Part shown: positions 21,490-30,503 of the stretch, one piece after another
Numbering within the stretch: the stretch's first letter is position 1
Layout of the letters: every line of letters begins with the position of its first letter
DNA from: an uncultured Actinomycetota bacterium
GTDB taxonomy: Bacteria > Actinomycetota > Actinomycetes > JAHEKZ01
Assembly: GCA_963743915.1 (NCBI GenBank)
Contig: CAVURN010000005.1
Coordinates: 352,001-416,000, forward strand
DNA: 64,000 nt
Direction: 5' to 3'
Notes under the pieces: model-generated
Databases searched by the model: none
Told to the model about the DNA's origin: nothing
What the model saw: the letters and a program-made list of their open reading frames with translations, nothing else
Position numbers and translations under genes: made by a program

Positions 21490-21856
21490 GTGCCCACCTA
21501 CGCCTACGTCTGCACCGCGTGCGACCACGCCTTCGAGGCTGTCCAGGCCATCACCGACGACGCCCTCACCGACTGCCCCAGCTGCGGAGGGTCGCTGCGC
21601 AAGAAGTTCCACCCCGTCGGCGTCACCTTCAAGGGCTCGGGCTTCTACCGCACCGACAGCCGCGCGGGCTCGTCCGGGAGCACGCCCGTCGACTGCGACC
21701 AGCGACGGCGGGACGCCTGCGAAGTCGGACTCGTCCAGCGGCACCTCGAAGTCGGACTCCTCCGGCTCCAGCGGTTCCTCGTCCGGCTCGAAGTCGGACT
21801 CCTCGGGTGGCGGAGCCTCGTCGAGCTCCAGCACCGCGGGTGCCGCCAGCTCCTGA
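21490..21856 (+). CDS. FmdB-family zinc-ribbon protein with Ser-rich tail (Rv0991c/Ruc-like), frameshift near 21690
   Basis: 'MPTYAYVCTACDHAFE...CPSCGGSLRK...FKGSGFYRTDSR', then a low-complexity KSDSS tail; CIRCE upstream. Confidence 0.88.
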
Positions 21857-21907
21857 ACCTGTGGACAGCCGCCCACGGCGGCTCCGTCGGGCCTACCGTC
21901 ACCCGTC

Positions 21908-22355
21908 ATGGCCACCCCGTCCACCGGCGCGATCCGTCGTTGGCTCGCCCTCCGTCGTCGCCCCCTCGCAGCGGGCGTGCGCCTTCGCCGCTGTCCTGCT
22001 GGGGCTGTCCGCGTTGAGCAGCTCCGTCGCAGCAGCTCCTCGACCGAGCCGTCGGCCGACCGCGGCATCAGCATCCCGGCGGGTCAGCTCGCGGTGCCGC
22101 TGCGTCTCGCAGACGCCGCGGTCGCCTCGCTGCTGCAACCGGGCGACCAGGTGGACGTCTTCGCCGCCGACAACCGCTCGGGGCGTGGAGGTCGTGGCGT
22201 CCGGCGTGACCGTCACCGCCACACCCTCCACCGACGCGGGTCCATGGACGGACGGTGAAGGGCTCGTCGTCGTCCTGGTCGTGCCGGAGCAGGCAGCCGC
22301 ACTCGCCGCGGCGGCTGCGGGAAGCGAGCTGACGATCGCCCTCCATCCCCGCTGA
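21908..22355 (+). CDS. SAF/CpaB-like protein (Rv0990c-like), frameshifted
   Basis: 'LRRRPLAAG', 'VPLRLADAAVASLLQPGDQVDV', 'GLVVVLV..EQAAALA'; conserved position between fmdB and mscL. Confidence 0.6.
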
Positions 22356-22403
22356 ACCGTGCGCTAGCGTGCGAGCAGGGGAGGAATCGAGAGTGGAGGG
22401 TTC

Positions 22404-22814
22404 ATGAAGGGCTTCAAGGACTTCCTCATGCGGGGGAACGTCGTCGACCTCGCGGTCGCCTTCGTCATCGGCCTCGCCGTGGTCGCACTGATCGGATCGG
22501 TCGTCGACGGCATCATCAATCCCTTGATCGCCGCCATTTTCGGGAAGACCGACCTGACGTCCGTGGGCACATTCACGATCAACAATGCGACCTTCAGCCT
22601 TGGCCTGGTCCTCGACGCACTCGTCAACTTCTTGGCTGTGGCAGCCGTCGTCTACTTCCTGATCGTGCTGCCGATGAACAAGATCAAGGAGCGCATGGCG
22701 AAGCCTGGCGAGCCGGCTGCACCCACCGAGGTCGAGCTGCTCGCCGAGATCCGCGACGCGTTGCGCGCGCAGGGTGGCCCTTCTGGCGACTACACCCGAC
22801 CCGCCGGCCAGTAG
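22404..22814 (+). CDS. mscL: Large-conductance mechanosensitive channel
   Basis: 'MKGFKDFLMRGNVVDLAVAFVIG', 'LLAEIRD'. Confidence 0.96.
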   Translation: MKGFKDFLMRGNVVDLAVAFVIGLAVVALIGSVVDGIINPLIAAIFGKTDLTSVGTFTINNATFSLGLVLDALVNFLAVAAVVYFLIVLPMNKIKERMAKPGEPAAPTEVELLAEIRDALRAQGGPSGDYTRPAGQ

Positions 22815-22827
22815 GCGAGCGAGGCCG

Positions 22828-22953
22828 TCAGTCCCCGTGATGGGGCGGGACGTCCTGGCGTAGCCGGTCGTCGTTGTCGTCCGGCTCCCGGTCGACGTCG
22901 TCCTCGGTCTGCTCGGGCAGCAGAGGCTCGTCACGCCAGTCGTCGGTGCTCAT
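22828..22953 (-). CDS. Small acidic protein, 41 aa (not in ORF track)
   Basis: ATG AGC ACC GAC... gives MSTDDWRDEPLLPEQTEDDVDREPDDNDDRLRQDVPPHHGD*; high-GC3 codons. Confidence 0.6.
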   Translation of the reverse strand: MSTDDWRDEPLLPEQTEDDVDREPDDNDDRLRQDVPPHHGD

Positions 22954-22996
22954 GCCGCCAGGCTAGCCGTCCACGCGGGCTTCCTATCCTGGTCGC

Positions 22997-23895
22997 GTGC
23001 TGACGACGCTGTCCCGCGTCGGAGTGGCAGGCTCGCGCGCAGCACCACCGCGCGCGGGTGCTCCCGTGGGTGGAGCCGCGTCTGGAACGGCGTCGCCGTG
23101 GTGACAGCGACCCGGTCGACGACTTCCTCTTCACCTACTACTCCTTCCGCCCCGCCCAGCTGCTCACCTGGCATCCGGGACTGGGAGTGGCCTGTGACGG
23201 AGCCGACGAGCTGCTCGGTCGACGCGGCTACGTGCACACGCCACACGGCGTCACGGTGGACGCCGCCGCGTTTCCCGAGCGACTCACGACTGCGCGGTGG
23301 GTGGTGGCACCTCCTCGAACGCATGCGCGAGCGCCCGGCGACCTTCGGGTGCTTCGGGGTCCACGAGTGGGCGATGGTCCACGGCCTCGACCCGGCGGAG
23401 ATCCGTCACGCGTCGTGGCCGCTGCGGCTGGCACCCGGTCAGGTGGCGGACGTCGTCGAGGATCTCGGCGCCCGGTGCACGCACTTCGACGCCTTCCGCT
23501 TCTTCACCGAGACCGCGCGACCGCTGAACGCGCACCAGCTGACGCGCTCCGACCAGCCGGACTTCGAGCAGCGAGGATGCCTGCATGCCGGCATGGACCT
23601 CTACAAGTGGTCGTACAAGCTGAGCCCACTGACGTCGTCCGAGCTGGTGGCCGACTGCTTCGAGCTCGCGCGCGAGATCCGCACCGTCGACATGCGTGCG
23701 TCGCCGTACGACCTGAGTGACCTCGGCCTCGAGCCGATCGCCATCGAGACGCCCGACGGCCGCGCGGAGTACGTCGAGCGGCAGCGCAGCTTCACTGAGC
23801 GCGCCGAACCGCTGCGCGCACGGCTGCTGTCCGAGGCGAAGGCCGTCGACGTGTTCAGCCGAGACGACGTGCTCTACGCCGACGGATCGAGGTAG
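22997..23895 (+). CDS. Conserved actinobacterial protein (family usually annotated '3-methyladenine DNA glycosylase'), frameshifted
   Basis: 'PVDDFLFTYY', 'WHPG', 'CFGVHEWAMV', 'CTHFDAFRFFT', 'EQRGCLHAGMDLYKW', 'DMRASPYDL'. Confidence 0.75.
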
Positions 23896-24263
23896 AGACA
23901 GAAGGGGTGGCCGGCCGGGTCGAGCAGGACGCGCACGGTCTCCTGCGGCTGGTAGGACGCCAGCTCGGCACCGCACTCGAGGGCAAAGGCGACCGCATGC
24001 TCGAGGTCGTCCACCTCGAGGTCGAGGTGCATCGACATCTGCGGCTCGCCCTCGACGGTCGGCCAGACCGGGCGCGTGTAGTGCTTCTCGGTCTCGAACG
24101 CCAAGTTGTACCCGGCGTCCTCCGACGGTGCGACGGCGGCACCGCCGTCGTGTTCGTGGAACACCTGCCATCCCAGGAGCCGTGCGTAGAAGTGCGCGAG
24201 CGCGATGCCGTCGGGCGCGTCCAGCACCACCCCCCACCACTGCGTCCGGGATCTCAGTGCCAT
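23874..24263 (-). CDS. VOC/glyoxalase family protein
   Basis: 'VVLDAPD...LAHFYARLLGW', 'HLDLEVDDL', 'LDPAGHPFCL'. Confidence 0.88.
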   Translation of the reverse strand: MALRSRTQWWGVVLDAPDGIALAHFYARLLGWQVFHEHDGGAAVAPSEDAGYNLAFETEKHYTRPVWPTVEGEPQMSMHLDLEVDDLEHAVAFALECGAELASYQPQETVRVLLDPAGHPFCLYLDPSA

Positions 24264-24273
24264 GACGTCAGCG

Positions 24274-25080
24274 TCAGTGAGCCCGACGGTCGAGGTACGC
24301 CGACGCCAACCGCTGCACGTCGTCGCCGGACAGTGGCTGCTCGTGGCCGGGATAGGCGACCTGCACATCCAGTGACGCAAGGCGACGCATCGAGGCCACA
24401 TAGCTGTCGATGTCGGACTCGGGGAGCTCGTCGAGCAGCTCGCCGTCGTACAGGACGTCTCCGGTGAACAGGACGCCGTTGGCGGCGTCGTAGAGACCGG
24501 CCGACCCGGGGGTGTGGCCCGGCAGGTGGACCACCTCGAAGGAGCGATCGCCGAGGTCGATCACGTCCCCGTCCTGCAGCGGAGCCTCGACCGGCGCGGA
24601 CGGCACGGTGTAGCCGCGGACGTCGTAGTCGGCGCCCGGCACCGTGTCGATGAGGTAGGGCGGGGCCACGCCGCCGGGCTCGTCGGCGGCGAGGGCATCG
24701 GCGAAGGACGCGGGCAGCTCGGCGGTGACGAGGGTGGACTCCTCCGGCTCCAGCAGCATGGGGGCCTCGGCCACGTGACAGGTGCGCCGCGGGAACGCGT
24801 GTGCACCGCCTGTGTGGTCGTAGTGACCGTGAGTGATGAAGGCGAGGGGGTCGTCCGCGAACAGGTCCGGGAACGCCTCGTGCAGCGAGCCGATGCCCAT
24901 CCCGGTGTCCACGACGAGGTCGCCGTCGCGACCCCGGACGTGCCAGATGTTGGCCCGCAGGAAGGGGTGCACCCCCGGCTCGAGGAGCCAGGTGACCCCA
25001 GCCGCCACCTCTCGACGCTCGAACCAGGGCGCGCGGACGGGCAGTCCGAGGGCGTTATCCACAGGCCCAGCCTGCCACAT
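24274..25080 (-). CDS. MBL-fold metallo-hydrolase
   Basis: 'VDTG', 'THGHYDHTGG', 'PGHTPGS', 'TGD', 'PGH'. Confidence 0.9.
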   Translation of the reverse strand: MWQAGPVDNALGLPVRAPWFERREVAAGVTWLLEPGVHPFLRANIWHVRGRDGDLVVDTGMGIGSLHEAFPDLFADDPLAFITHGHYDHTGGAHAFPRRTCHVAEAPMLLEPEESTLVTAELPASFADALAADEPGGVAPPYLIDTVPGADYDVRGYTVPSAPVEAPLQDGDVIDLGDRSFEVVHLPGHTPGSAGLYDAANGVLFTGDVLYDGELLDELPESDIDSYVASMRRLASLDVQVAYPGHEQPLSGDDVQRLASAYLDRRAH

Positions 25081-25171
25081 CCGTGACGCGGCTCACGCGT
25101 GGCGAGCGCGCCGGACCCCGTGCCACGTCGTAGCGTGAGGCTGATCGACCGACCGATGACCGAGGAGTCAC

Positions 25172-25450
25172 ATGAATCGCACCGAGCTCGTCCAGGCCGT
25201 CTCTGAGCGCGCTGGAGTCACCAAGGCGGACGCCGACCGCGTCCTTGCCGCCATGGCGGAGGTCGTCGGAGAGACGATCGCCAAGGACGAGAAGGTCAGC
25301 ATCCCCGGCTTCCTGACCTTCGAGCGCGCTTTCCGCGCCGCCCGCACCGCCCGCAACCCGCAGACCGGCGCCGAGATCCAGGTGGCCGCCAAGCACACCG
25401 CCAAGGTGAGCGCGGGCGCCACGCTGAAGAACGCCGCTGCCGGCAAGTAG
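25172..25450 (+). CDS. hup: HU family DNA-binding protein
   Basis: 'MNRTELVQAV...GFLTFER..RAARTARNPQTG'; GAGGAG RBS. Confidence 0.93.
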   Translation: MNRTELVQAVSERAGVTKADADRVLAAMAEVVGETIAKDEKVSIPGFLTFERAFRAARTARNPQTGAEIQVAAKHTAKVSAGATLKNAAAGK

Positions 25451-25465
25451 CCGCAGCACCACCCG

Positions 25466-25503
25466 CGAAGGCGGGGCGGCCCGGTCGGGCTGCCCCGCCT
25501 TCG
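25466..25503. terminator. GC-rich hairpin between convergent HU and GNAT genes
   Basis: CGAAGGCGGGGCGGCCCG / CGGGCTGCCCCGCCTTCG inverted repeat. Confidence 0.7.
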
Positions 25504-25521
25504 GGTCGTCCAGGGACCAGG

Positions 25522-26361
25522 TCAGCTGACGAAGCGCAGCGCCATGCGGTCCTGCACCGGCGCGAACCCGAGAGCGCGATAGATGCCGGTCGACGTCGGA
25601 TTGGCTTGGTCGGCGAAGAGCACCAGCCGCATCCCCTGAGCCGCGAGCCCTCGCACACACAGCGTGCGTGAGCGCCTCCGCGTAGCCGCGACCGCGGTGC
25701 GGCGTCGGGCGTGTACACCGGACCGATCCGCGCAACGCCGGCTGCCGGCGGCGTCCGACCGACCATCGACACCGGCTCACCGGCCCGCGTCGGCCCACAG
25801 CCACACCTCGCCGGTCCGCAGCCGCGCTCGCATCGAGTCCTCGCCATCGTGCGCCGGCTCGTGGATGTCCCGCAGGAAGGCGTTCATCCACGCGACGAGC
25901 AGGTCGAGGTCGCTCTCGTCAGCTCGACGCGGTGTCCCCGCCACCGCGTGCCGAGGCTCGAACAGGTCACCCAGCTCGAACAGCCGAGTGGCCATGAAGA
26001 GCTGCGCGACTGTCTCGGTACGCGCCGTCCACATCGCCGCGAAGGTCGCCGCCAACGGCACATCTGCATTGACCCCTGTGACCGCTCGCCCGTCGGCCAG
26101 CAGGGCTTCGACCAACGAGGGCAGGCACTCCTCGGGAGCCTCGTCCAGCAGAAGTGGCCACGGCGGGTTCATCGACGCCGCGCCCCTCACGGTCCCTGAG
26201 GCGTCCGCCCACCACCCGAAGAAGCTGCCCTCGGGCGCGCCCTCCACCGCCCAGCGCTCCATGCCGACCGCGCTGATGGTGTTCCGGACGGGGTCGGTCA
26301 GCAGCAGCTCACCGGCGCTCGCGGCGAACGCTTCGGGGTCAGTGGAGAATGTCCAGGCCAT
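25522..26361 (-). CDS. GNAT acetyltransferase (FR47-like), frameshifted
   Basis: 'RIGPVYTP...RGRGYA', 'LFADQANPTSTGIYRALGF'. Confidence 0.82.
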
Positions 26362-26478
26362 GGGCCACTTTCGCAGGACGACGCCAACCTCTCCACCTCT
26401 TTTCGCACGGGTGCGATCGACGACGAGACGTACTACGTCGTGAAGGACTTCACCGCAACCGTCGAGTGATGTGTCGCC

Positions 26479-26949
26479 TCAGCCGCGCAGCGCGGCCTCG
26501 AGGGCAGCGACGTCGATCTTCACCATCGGCATCAGCGTCTGCCACACCCGGCGCGAGGCCTCGAGGTCGCCCTCCCCTGAGAGCAGCTGCTGCAGGTTGG
26601 ACGGGACCACCTGCCACGTGATGCCGAAGCGATCCGTCACCCAGCCACATTGCAGCTCGGTGCCGCCGTCGGCGAGCGCCGCCCAGACGCGGTCGATCTC
26701 CGGCTGCCCGTCGCACGGCACCATGAACGACACCGCCGCGGTCGGCTGGTACAGCGTTCCCCCGTTGAAGGCATGGAACTCGTGGCCGAAGATCCGGAAG
26801 CTCGCCGTCACCACACCGCCTGGAGAACCGGTGACCTCGTCGGGGATGCGCTGCACCTCGGTGACCTCGCCGCCGAAGAGCTCGGCGTAGAAGGTGGCCG
26901 CCTCTTCGGCGGTGCCGTCGAACCAGAACCAGGTGCTGAGCCCGTCCAT
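26479..26949 (-). CDS. VOC family PhnB-like protein
   Basis: 'WFDGTAEEAATFY', 'FNGG', 'QCGWVTDRFGITWQVVP', 'MVKIDVAAL'. Confidence 0.88.
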   Translation of the reverse strand: MDGLSTWFWFDGTAEEAATFYAELFGGEVTEVQRIPDEVTGSPGGVVTASFRIFGHEFHAFNGGTLYQPTAAVSFMVPCDGQPEIDRVWAALADGGTELQCGWVTDRFGITWQVVPSNLQQLLSGEGDLEASRRVWQTLMPMVKIDVAALEAALRG

Positions 26950-26990
26950 CGCGCCTCCCGTGCTCCGTGGGGCTTCCACGGTATCCCCGG

Positions 26991-27620
26991 TCAACGGCCG
27001 GAGACGGCGCCGACCTCCACGGCAAGTGCGCCCGGCGCCAGTCCCAGCTCGAGCTCGGCGGCCACCTGGGCCCACGTCACTGCCTGCTCGCGGCTGATGA
27101 GATCACCGTGGGCGACGGTCTGCAGGGCGAGACCGTCCAGCAGCGAGACGAGCCGCCACGCCACGGCATCCGGTTCACCGCAGACCATGAGTCCCTCTGC
27201 CACTCCCGCCCGCAACAGCTCGGCCAGCAGCGCCTGCCACTCCTCGTTCAGGCGACGCGTGGAGCGCTGCAGCGCCGGTCGTCGTGCCGCCTCGGCCCAC
27301 GCATCGAGCCACAGCTGCATCGCGCCTTCCTCGTCCGCGCTGTTGTACGCGGTGATGAAGTGCGCCAGTCGCTCGATGGCGTCCCGCCCGTGTCGGCAGG
27401 CCTCGACCGTGCGCTCGAAGTCCGCGGTCGCCACGCGGGCGAACGCATCGGCGAGCAGCTGGTCCATGGACGAGAAGTAGTGGTGGATGAGACCGCTGGA
27501 GGTGCCCATCTCGGCGGCGACGTCACGGGCGGTGGTGGCGGCTATGCCTTGGCGCACCATGACCCGGGAAGTGGCGTCGATGATCGCCTCACGGCGCTGC
27601 TCCGGCGTCATCCTGGCCAC
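26991..27620 (-). CDS. TetR family regulator (BetI-like C-terminus)
   Basis: 'RREAIIDAT...TTARDVAAEMGTSSGLIHHYF', 'SLLDGLALQ'; TGGACA-N17-TACGGT promoter just upstream, suggesting a leaderless GTG start. Confidence 0.9.
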   Translation of the reverse strand: MARMTPEQRREAIIDATSRVMVRQGIAATTARDVAAEMGTSSGLIHHYFSSMDQLLADAFARVATADFERTVEACRHGRDAIERLAHFITAYNSADEEGAMQLWLDAWAEAARRPALQRSTRRLNEEWQALLAELLRAGVAEGLMVCGEPDAVAWRLVSLLDGLALQTVAHGDLISREQAVTWAQVAAELELGLAPGALAVEVGAVSGR

Positions 27621-27633
27621 GGCGTCACCGTAG

Positions 27634-27663
27634 AGGGCTGTTGCACGCCTGTCCAACAGCCCT
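27634..27663. promoter_or_regulatory. TetR operator palindrome in the divergent promoter
   Basis: AGGGCTGTTG-N10-CAACAGCCCT with perfect 10-bp arms. Confidence 0.7.
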
Positions 27664-27705
27664 TAGGGTGCTCCCAACGTCGACCGGAACCCCGGGAGCT
27701 CCCCC

Positions 27706-28911
27706 ATGGTCAAGACCACGCCGTTCCACCCGCGCCTGGCCGAGCTGAACACCACCCAGCTCTGGACGCACTGGGCCGGACACCTGTCGGCCACGCAGTA
27801 CGACATCGCCGCCAAGCACGAGTACTTCGGCGTCCGCCAGGCCGTCGGCTTCTTCGACGCGTCGCCGCTGTACAAGTACGAGATCACCGGCCGGGACGCC
27901 GAGTCGTTCCTCGGGGGCATCCTCACCCGCGACATCCGCACCTGCCGTCCTGGGCGCGCGCAGTACACGATCTGGTGCGACAGCGACGGTTACGTGCTCG
28001 AGGACGGCGTGGTCTTCCGCCACTCCGCGAACGAGTTCCTGCTCACCGCTGCCGAGCCCAACCTGTCGTTCCTGCAGAACCAGATCGGTTCGCTCGAGGT
28101 GGCGGTGGAGGACGTCTCCGACCAGTACGCGATGCTCGCGGTACAGGGCCCTCGCTCGCGGGCGGCGCTCTCGTCACTGGCGCCAGAGGTGAATGAGCTC
28201 AGCTACTTCGGCCACTCACCGGCGAAGATTGCCGGCAGCGAGGTGACGGTCAGCCGCACCGGGTTCACCGGTGACCTGGGCTACGAGCTCCGCATCCCTG
28301 CCGACGACGCACTCGCGGTTCTGGACGCCGTCATGGAGGTCGGCGAGCCGCACCGCATGCGTCCGTTCGGTGACCAGGCTCTCAACATGCTGCGGATCGA
28401 GGCGGGGCTTCCGCTCATCGGAGCCGAGTTCACCTCGAGCCGCTACGCGTTCAACGAGCACGACCGCTTCACCCCGGACGAGCTCGGCTTCGGCTGGCTG
28501 CTCAAGGGCATCGACGACGAGACGCGTCCGTTCGCCGGACGTCGTGCGATCCGCGCCGAGCGGGCGAACGGCTCGTCCCGCTGGAAGACCGTGGGCCTGA
28601 TGGTCGACGGTCACGCCTTCGAGCAGCTGCACTACGACGCCGGGCTCATCCCCCCGAAGGACGAACCACCGGCAGCGTGGGAGACCATGCTCTACGACGC
28701 CCACGGCGAACGGGCGGGATACGCCACCAGCTACGCGTACTCCCCCATGATGCAGACCCAGATCGGCATCGCCCGCGTGCGACCGGAGCTCTCCCAGATC
28801 GGCACCACGATCGACGTCGAGGTGACGGTCAACCACGTCTACACCACCGTTCCGGCAACGGTGTGCGCCATGCCCTTCTTCAACCCCGAGCGAAAGACGT
28901 CCATGACATGA
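27706..28911 (+). CDS. GcvT-like folate-dependent aminomethyltransferase
   Basis: 'TTPFHPR', 'FDASPLYKYEITGRDA', 'AVQGPRSR', 'SRTGFTGDLGYEL', 'LRIEAG', 'PFFNPERK'. Confidence 0.9.
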   Translation: MVKTTPFHPRLAELNTTQLWTHWAGHLSATQYDIAAKHEYFGVRQAVGFFDASPLYKYEITGRDAESFLGGILTRDIRTCRPGRAQYTIWCDSDGYVLEDGVVFRHSANEFLLTAAEPNLSFLQNQIGSLEVAVEDVSDQYAMLAVQGPRSRAALSSLAPEVNELSYFGHSPAKIAGSEVTVSRTGFTGDLGYELRIPADDALAVLDAVMEVGEPHRMRPFGDQALNMLRIEAGLPLIGAEFTSSRYAFNEHDRFTPDELGFGWLLKGIDDETRPFAGRRAIRAERANGSSRWKTVGLMVDGHAFEQLHYDAGLIPPKDEPPAAWETMLYDAHGERAGYATSYAYSPMMQTQIGIARVRPELSQIGTTIDVEVTVNHVYTTVPATVCAMPFFNPERKTSMT

Positions 28912-30503
28912 CCGACACCAACCGTTACGACGCGATCATCGTCGGGGGCGGGCACAACGGCCTGGTCAACGGCGCCTACCTCGCCAAAGCCGGACTGAAG
29001 ACGCTGATCCTCGAGCAGCGTCACCTGGTCGGGGGCGCCGCGATCACCGAGGAGCTCTACCCGGGCTTCAGCTTCACCACGTTCTCCTACGCGCTCAGCC
29101 TGATCCGACCCGAGGTCATCCGCGAGCTCGAGCTGGTCAAGCACGGGTTCAACCCGATCTACATGCCCACCTCCTTCTCCCCCATGGAGAACGGCGACTA
29201 CCTGCTGCTCGGTCCCGACCGCGACGAGAACATCCGCGAGATCATGCGTCACTCACCGCGGGACGCGGACGCCATGGACCGGTTCGAGCACGACGTCGCC
29301 CGCGTCCTGCAGCTGATGTACCCGCTGTTCGACCGGGTGCCGCCGAACATCTTCGGCAAGTCGGAGGAGGACGCGCTCGACATCGCGTGGCTGCTCGGGC
29401 ATCTCGGGTCAGCCGAGCCGAGGGTCATCCACGACGCAGTCCGACTCATCACGGGCAGCATCGCCGACTTCCTCGACGACTACTTCGAGAGCGAGGTCCT
29501 CAAGGGCTACCTGGCGGCGTCCTCGACGACGGGCACGAAGGTGGGCCCGATGTCGGCCGGTTCCGGCCTGGTCTCGCTGATGATGATGATGGGTGAGCAC
29601 GACGGGCACCTTGGTTCGTGGTCGTTCCACAAGGGCGGCAACGGCGGGTTCACGCAGATGCTGGCTCGCGCCGCCCAGTCCTTCGGCGCTGAGATCAAGC
29701 TGGAGGCCCGCGTCGACCACGTCCTCACCAAGGAAGGGCGCGCCATCGGCGTCGTTCTGGTGGACGGCACCGAGTTCCACGCCGACACCGTCGTCAGCGC
29801 GCTCGACCCCCGTCAGACGTTCACCAAGCTGGTCGACCCCCGCGAGCTCCCCGGCGACCTCGTCGAGAGCATCGACCGCTACCAGTACAACGGCACCAGC
29901 GCGAAGGTGAACTTCGCCCTGGACGGGACCCCGCGCTACCCGGCGCTCGGGGACCGCACCGACCAGTACCGGGGCTTCGTCAGCTTCGCGCCGTCGATCG
30001 AGTACCTCGAGCGTGCGTACGACGCCGCCAAGTACGGCTGGTACAGCGAGCGTCCCTACCTCGACACCTGCCTGCAGTCGTTCCTCGACCCCGACATGGC
30101 TCCGCCCGGCAAGCACGTCATGTCGTGCTTCGTGCAGTACGCGCCCTACCACCTCAAGGGAAGCGACTGGGACACCGAGCGGAACAACCTCGGCGACACG
30201 GTGCAAGCCACCATCGAGTCGTTCTTCCCGGGCTTCGGCGACCTCGTGCTGCACCGTGAGGTCGTCACCCCGCTCGACATCGAACGCGTGGTCGGCCTGT
30301 CCGAGGGCAACATCTACGCCGGTGACTTCCTGCTGCCGCAGATGTACTTCTTCCGGCCGGCACCGGGCTGGAGCCAGTACCGGACGCCGATCGAGGGCTA
30401 CTACCAGTGCGGCTCGGGCACCCATCCCGGCGGCTGCGTCATGGGCGCACCCGCCCGCCTGGCCAGCCAGCAGATCCTCAAGGACCGTTCAGGCAACAGC
30501 TGA
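28908..30503 (+). CDS. Phytoene-dehydrogenase-like FAD oxidoreductase (COG1233/PYROXD2-like)
   Basis: 'YDAIIVGGGHNGL', 'VGGAAITEEL', 'YQCGSGTHPGGCVMGAP'; ATGA-coupled to the gcvT-like gene. Confidence 0.88.
   Translation: MTDTNRYDAIIVGGGHNGLVNGAYLAKAGLKTLILEQRHLVGGAAITEELYPGFSFTTFSYALSLIRPEVIRELELVKHGFNPIYMPTSFSPMENGDYLLLGPDRDENIREIMRHSPRDADAMDRFEHDVARVLQLMYPLFDRVPPNIFGKSEEDALDIAWLLGHLGSAEPRVIHDAVRLITGSIADFLDDYFESEVLKGYLAASSTTGTKVGPMSAGSGLVSLMMMMGEHDGHLGSWSFHKGGNGGFTQMLARAAQSFGAEIKLEARVDHVLTKEGRAIGVVLVDGTEFHADTVVSALDPRQTFTKLVDPRELPGDLVESIDRYQYNGTSAKVNFALDGTPRYPALGDRTDQYRGFVSFAPSIEYLERAYDAAKYGWYSERPYLDTCLQSFLDPDMAPPGKHVMSCFVQYAPYHLKGSDWDTERNNLGDTVQATIESFFPGFGDLVLHREVVTPLDIERVVGLSEGNIYAGDFLLPQMYFFRPAPGWSQYRTPIEGYYQCGSGTHPGGCVMGAPARLASQQILKDRSGNS

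Noticed and set aside
21720-21805. Three copies of CGAAGTCGGACTC as a DNA repeat element
   Set aside because: They encode KSDS units in the Ser-rich tail of the FmdB-like protein.
10453-27659. Identical 12-mer CCTGTCCAACAG at 10453 and 27648 as a shared operator
   Set aside because: In both places it contains a minus-strand TGGACA -35 box 17 nt from a -10-like hexamer. Only the second copy is part of a palindrome, so promoter similarity is enough to explain it.
28908-30503. Carotenoid biosynthesis (crtI)
   Set aside because: No crtB/crtE nearby; it is coupled to a GcvT-like gene, and its motifs fit the non-carotenoid COG1233 group.
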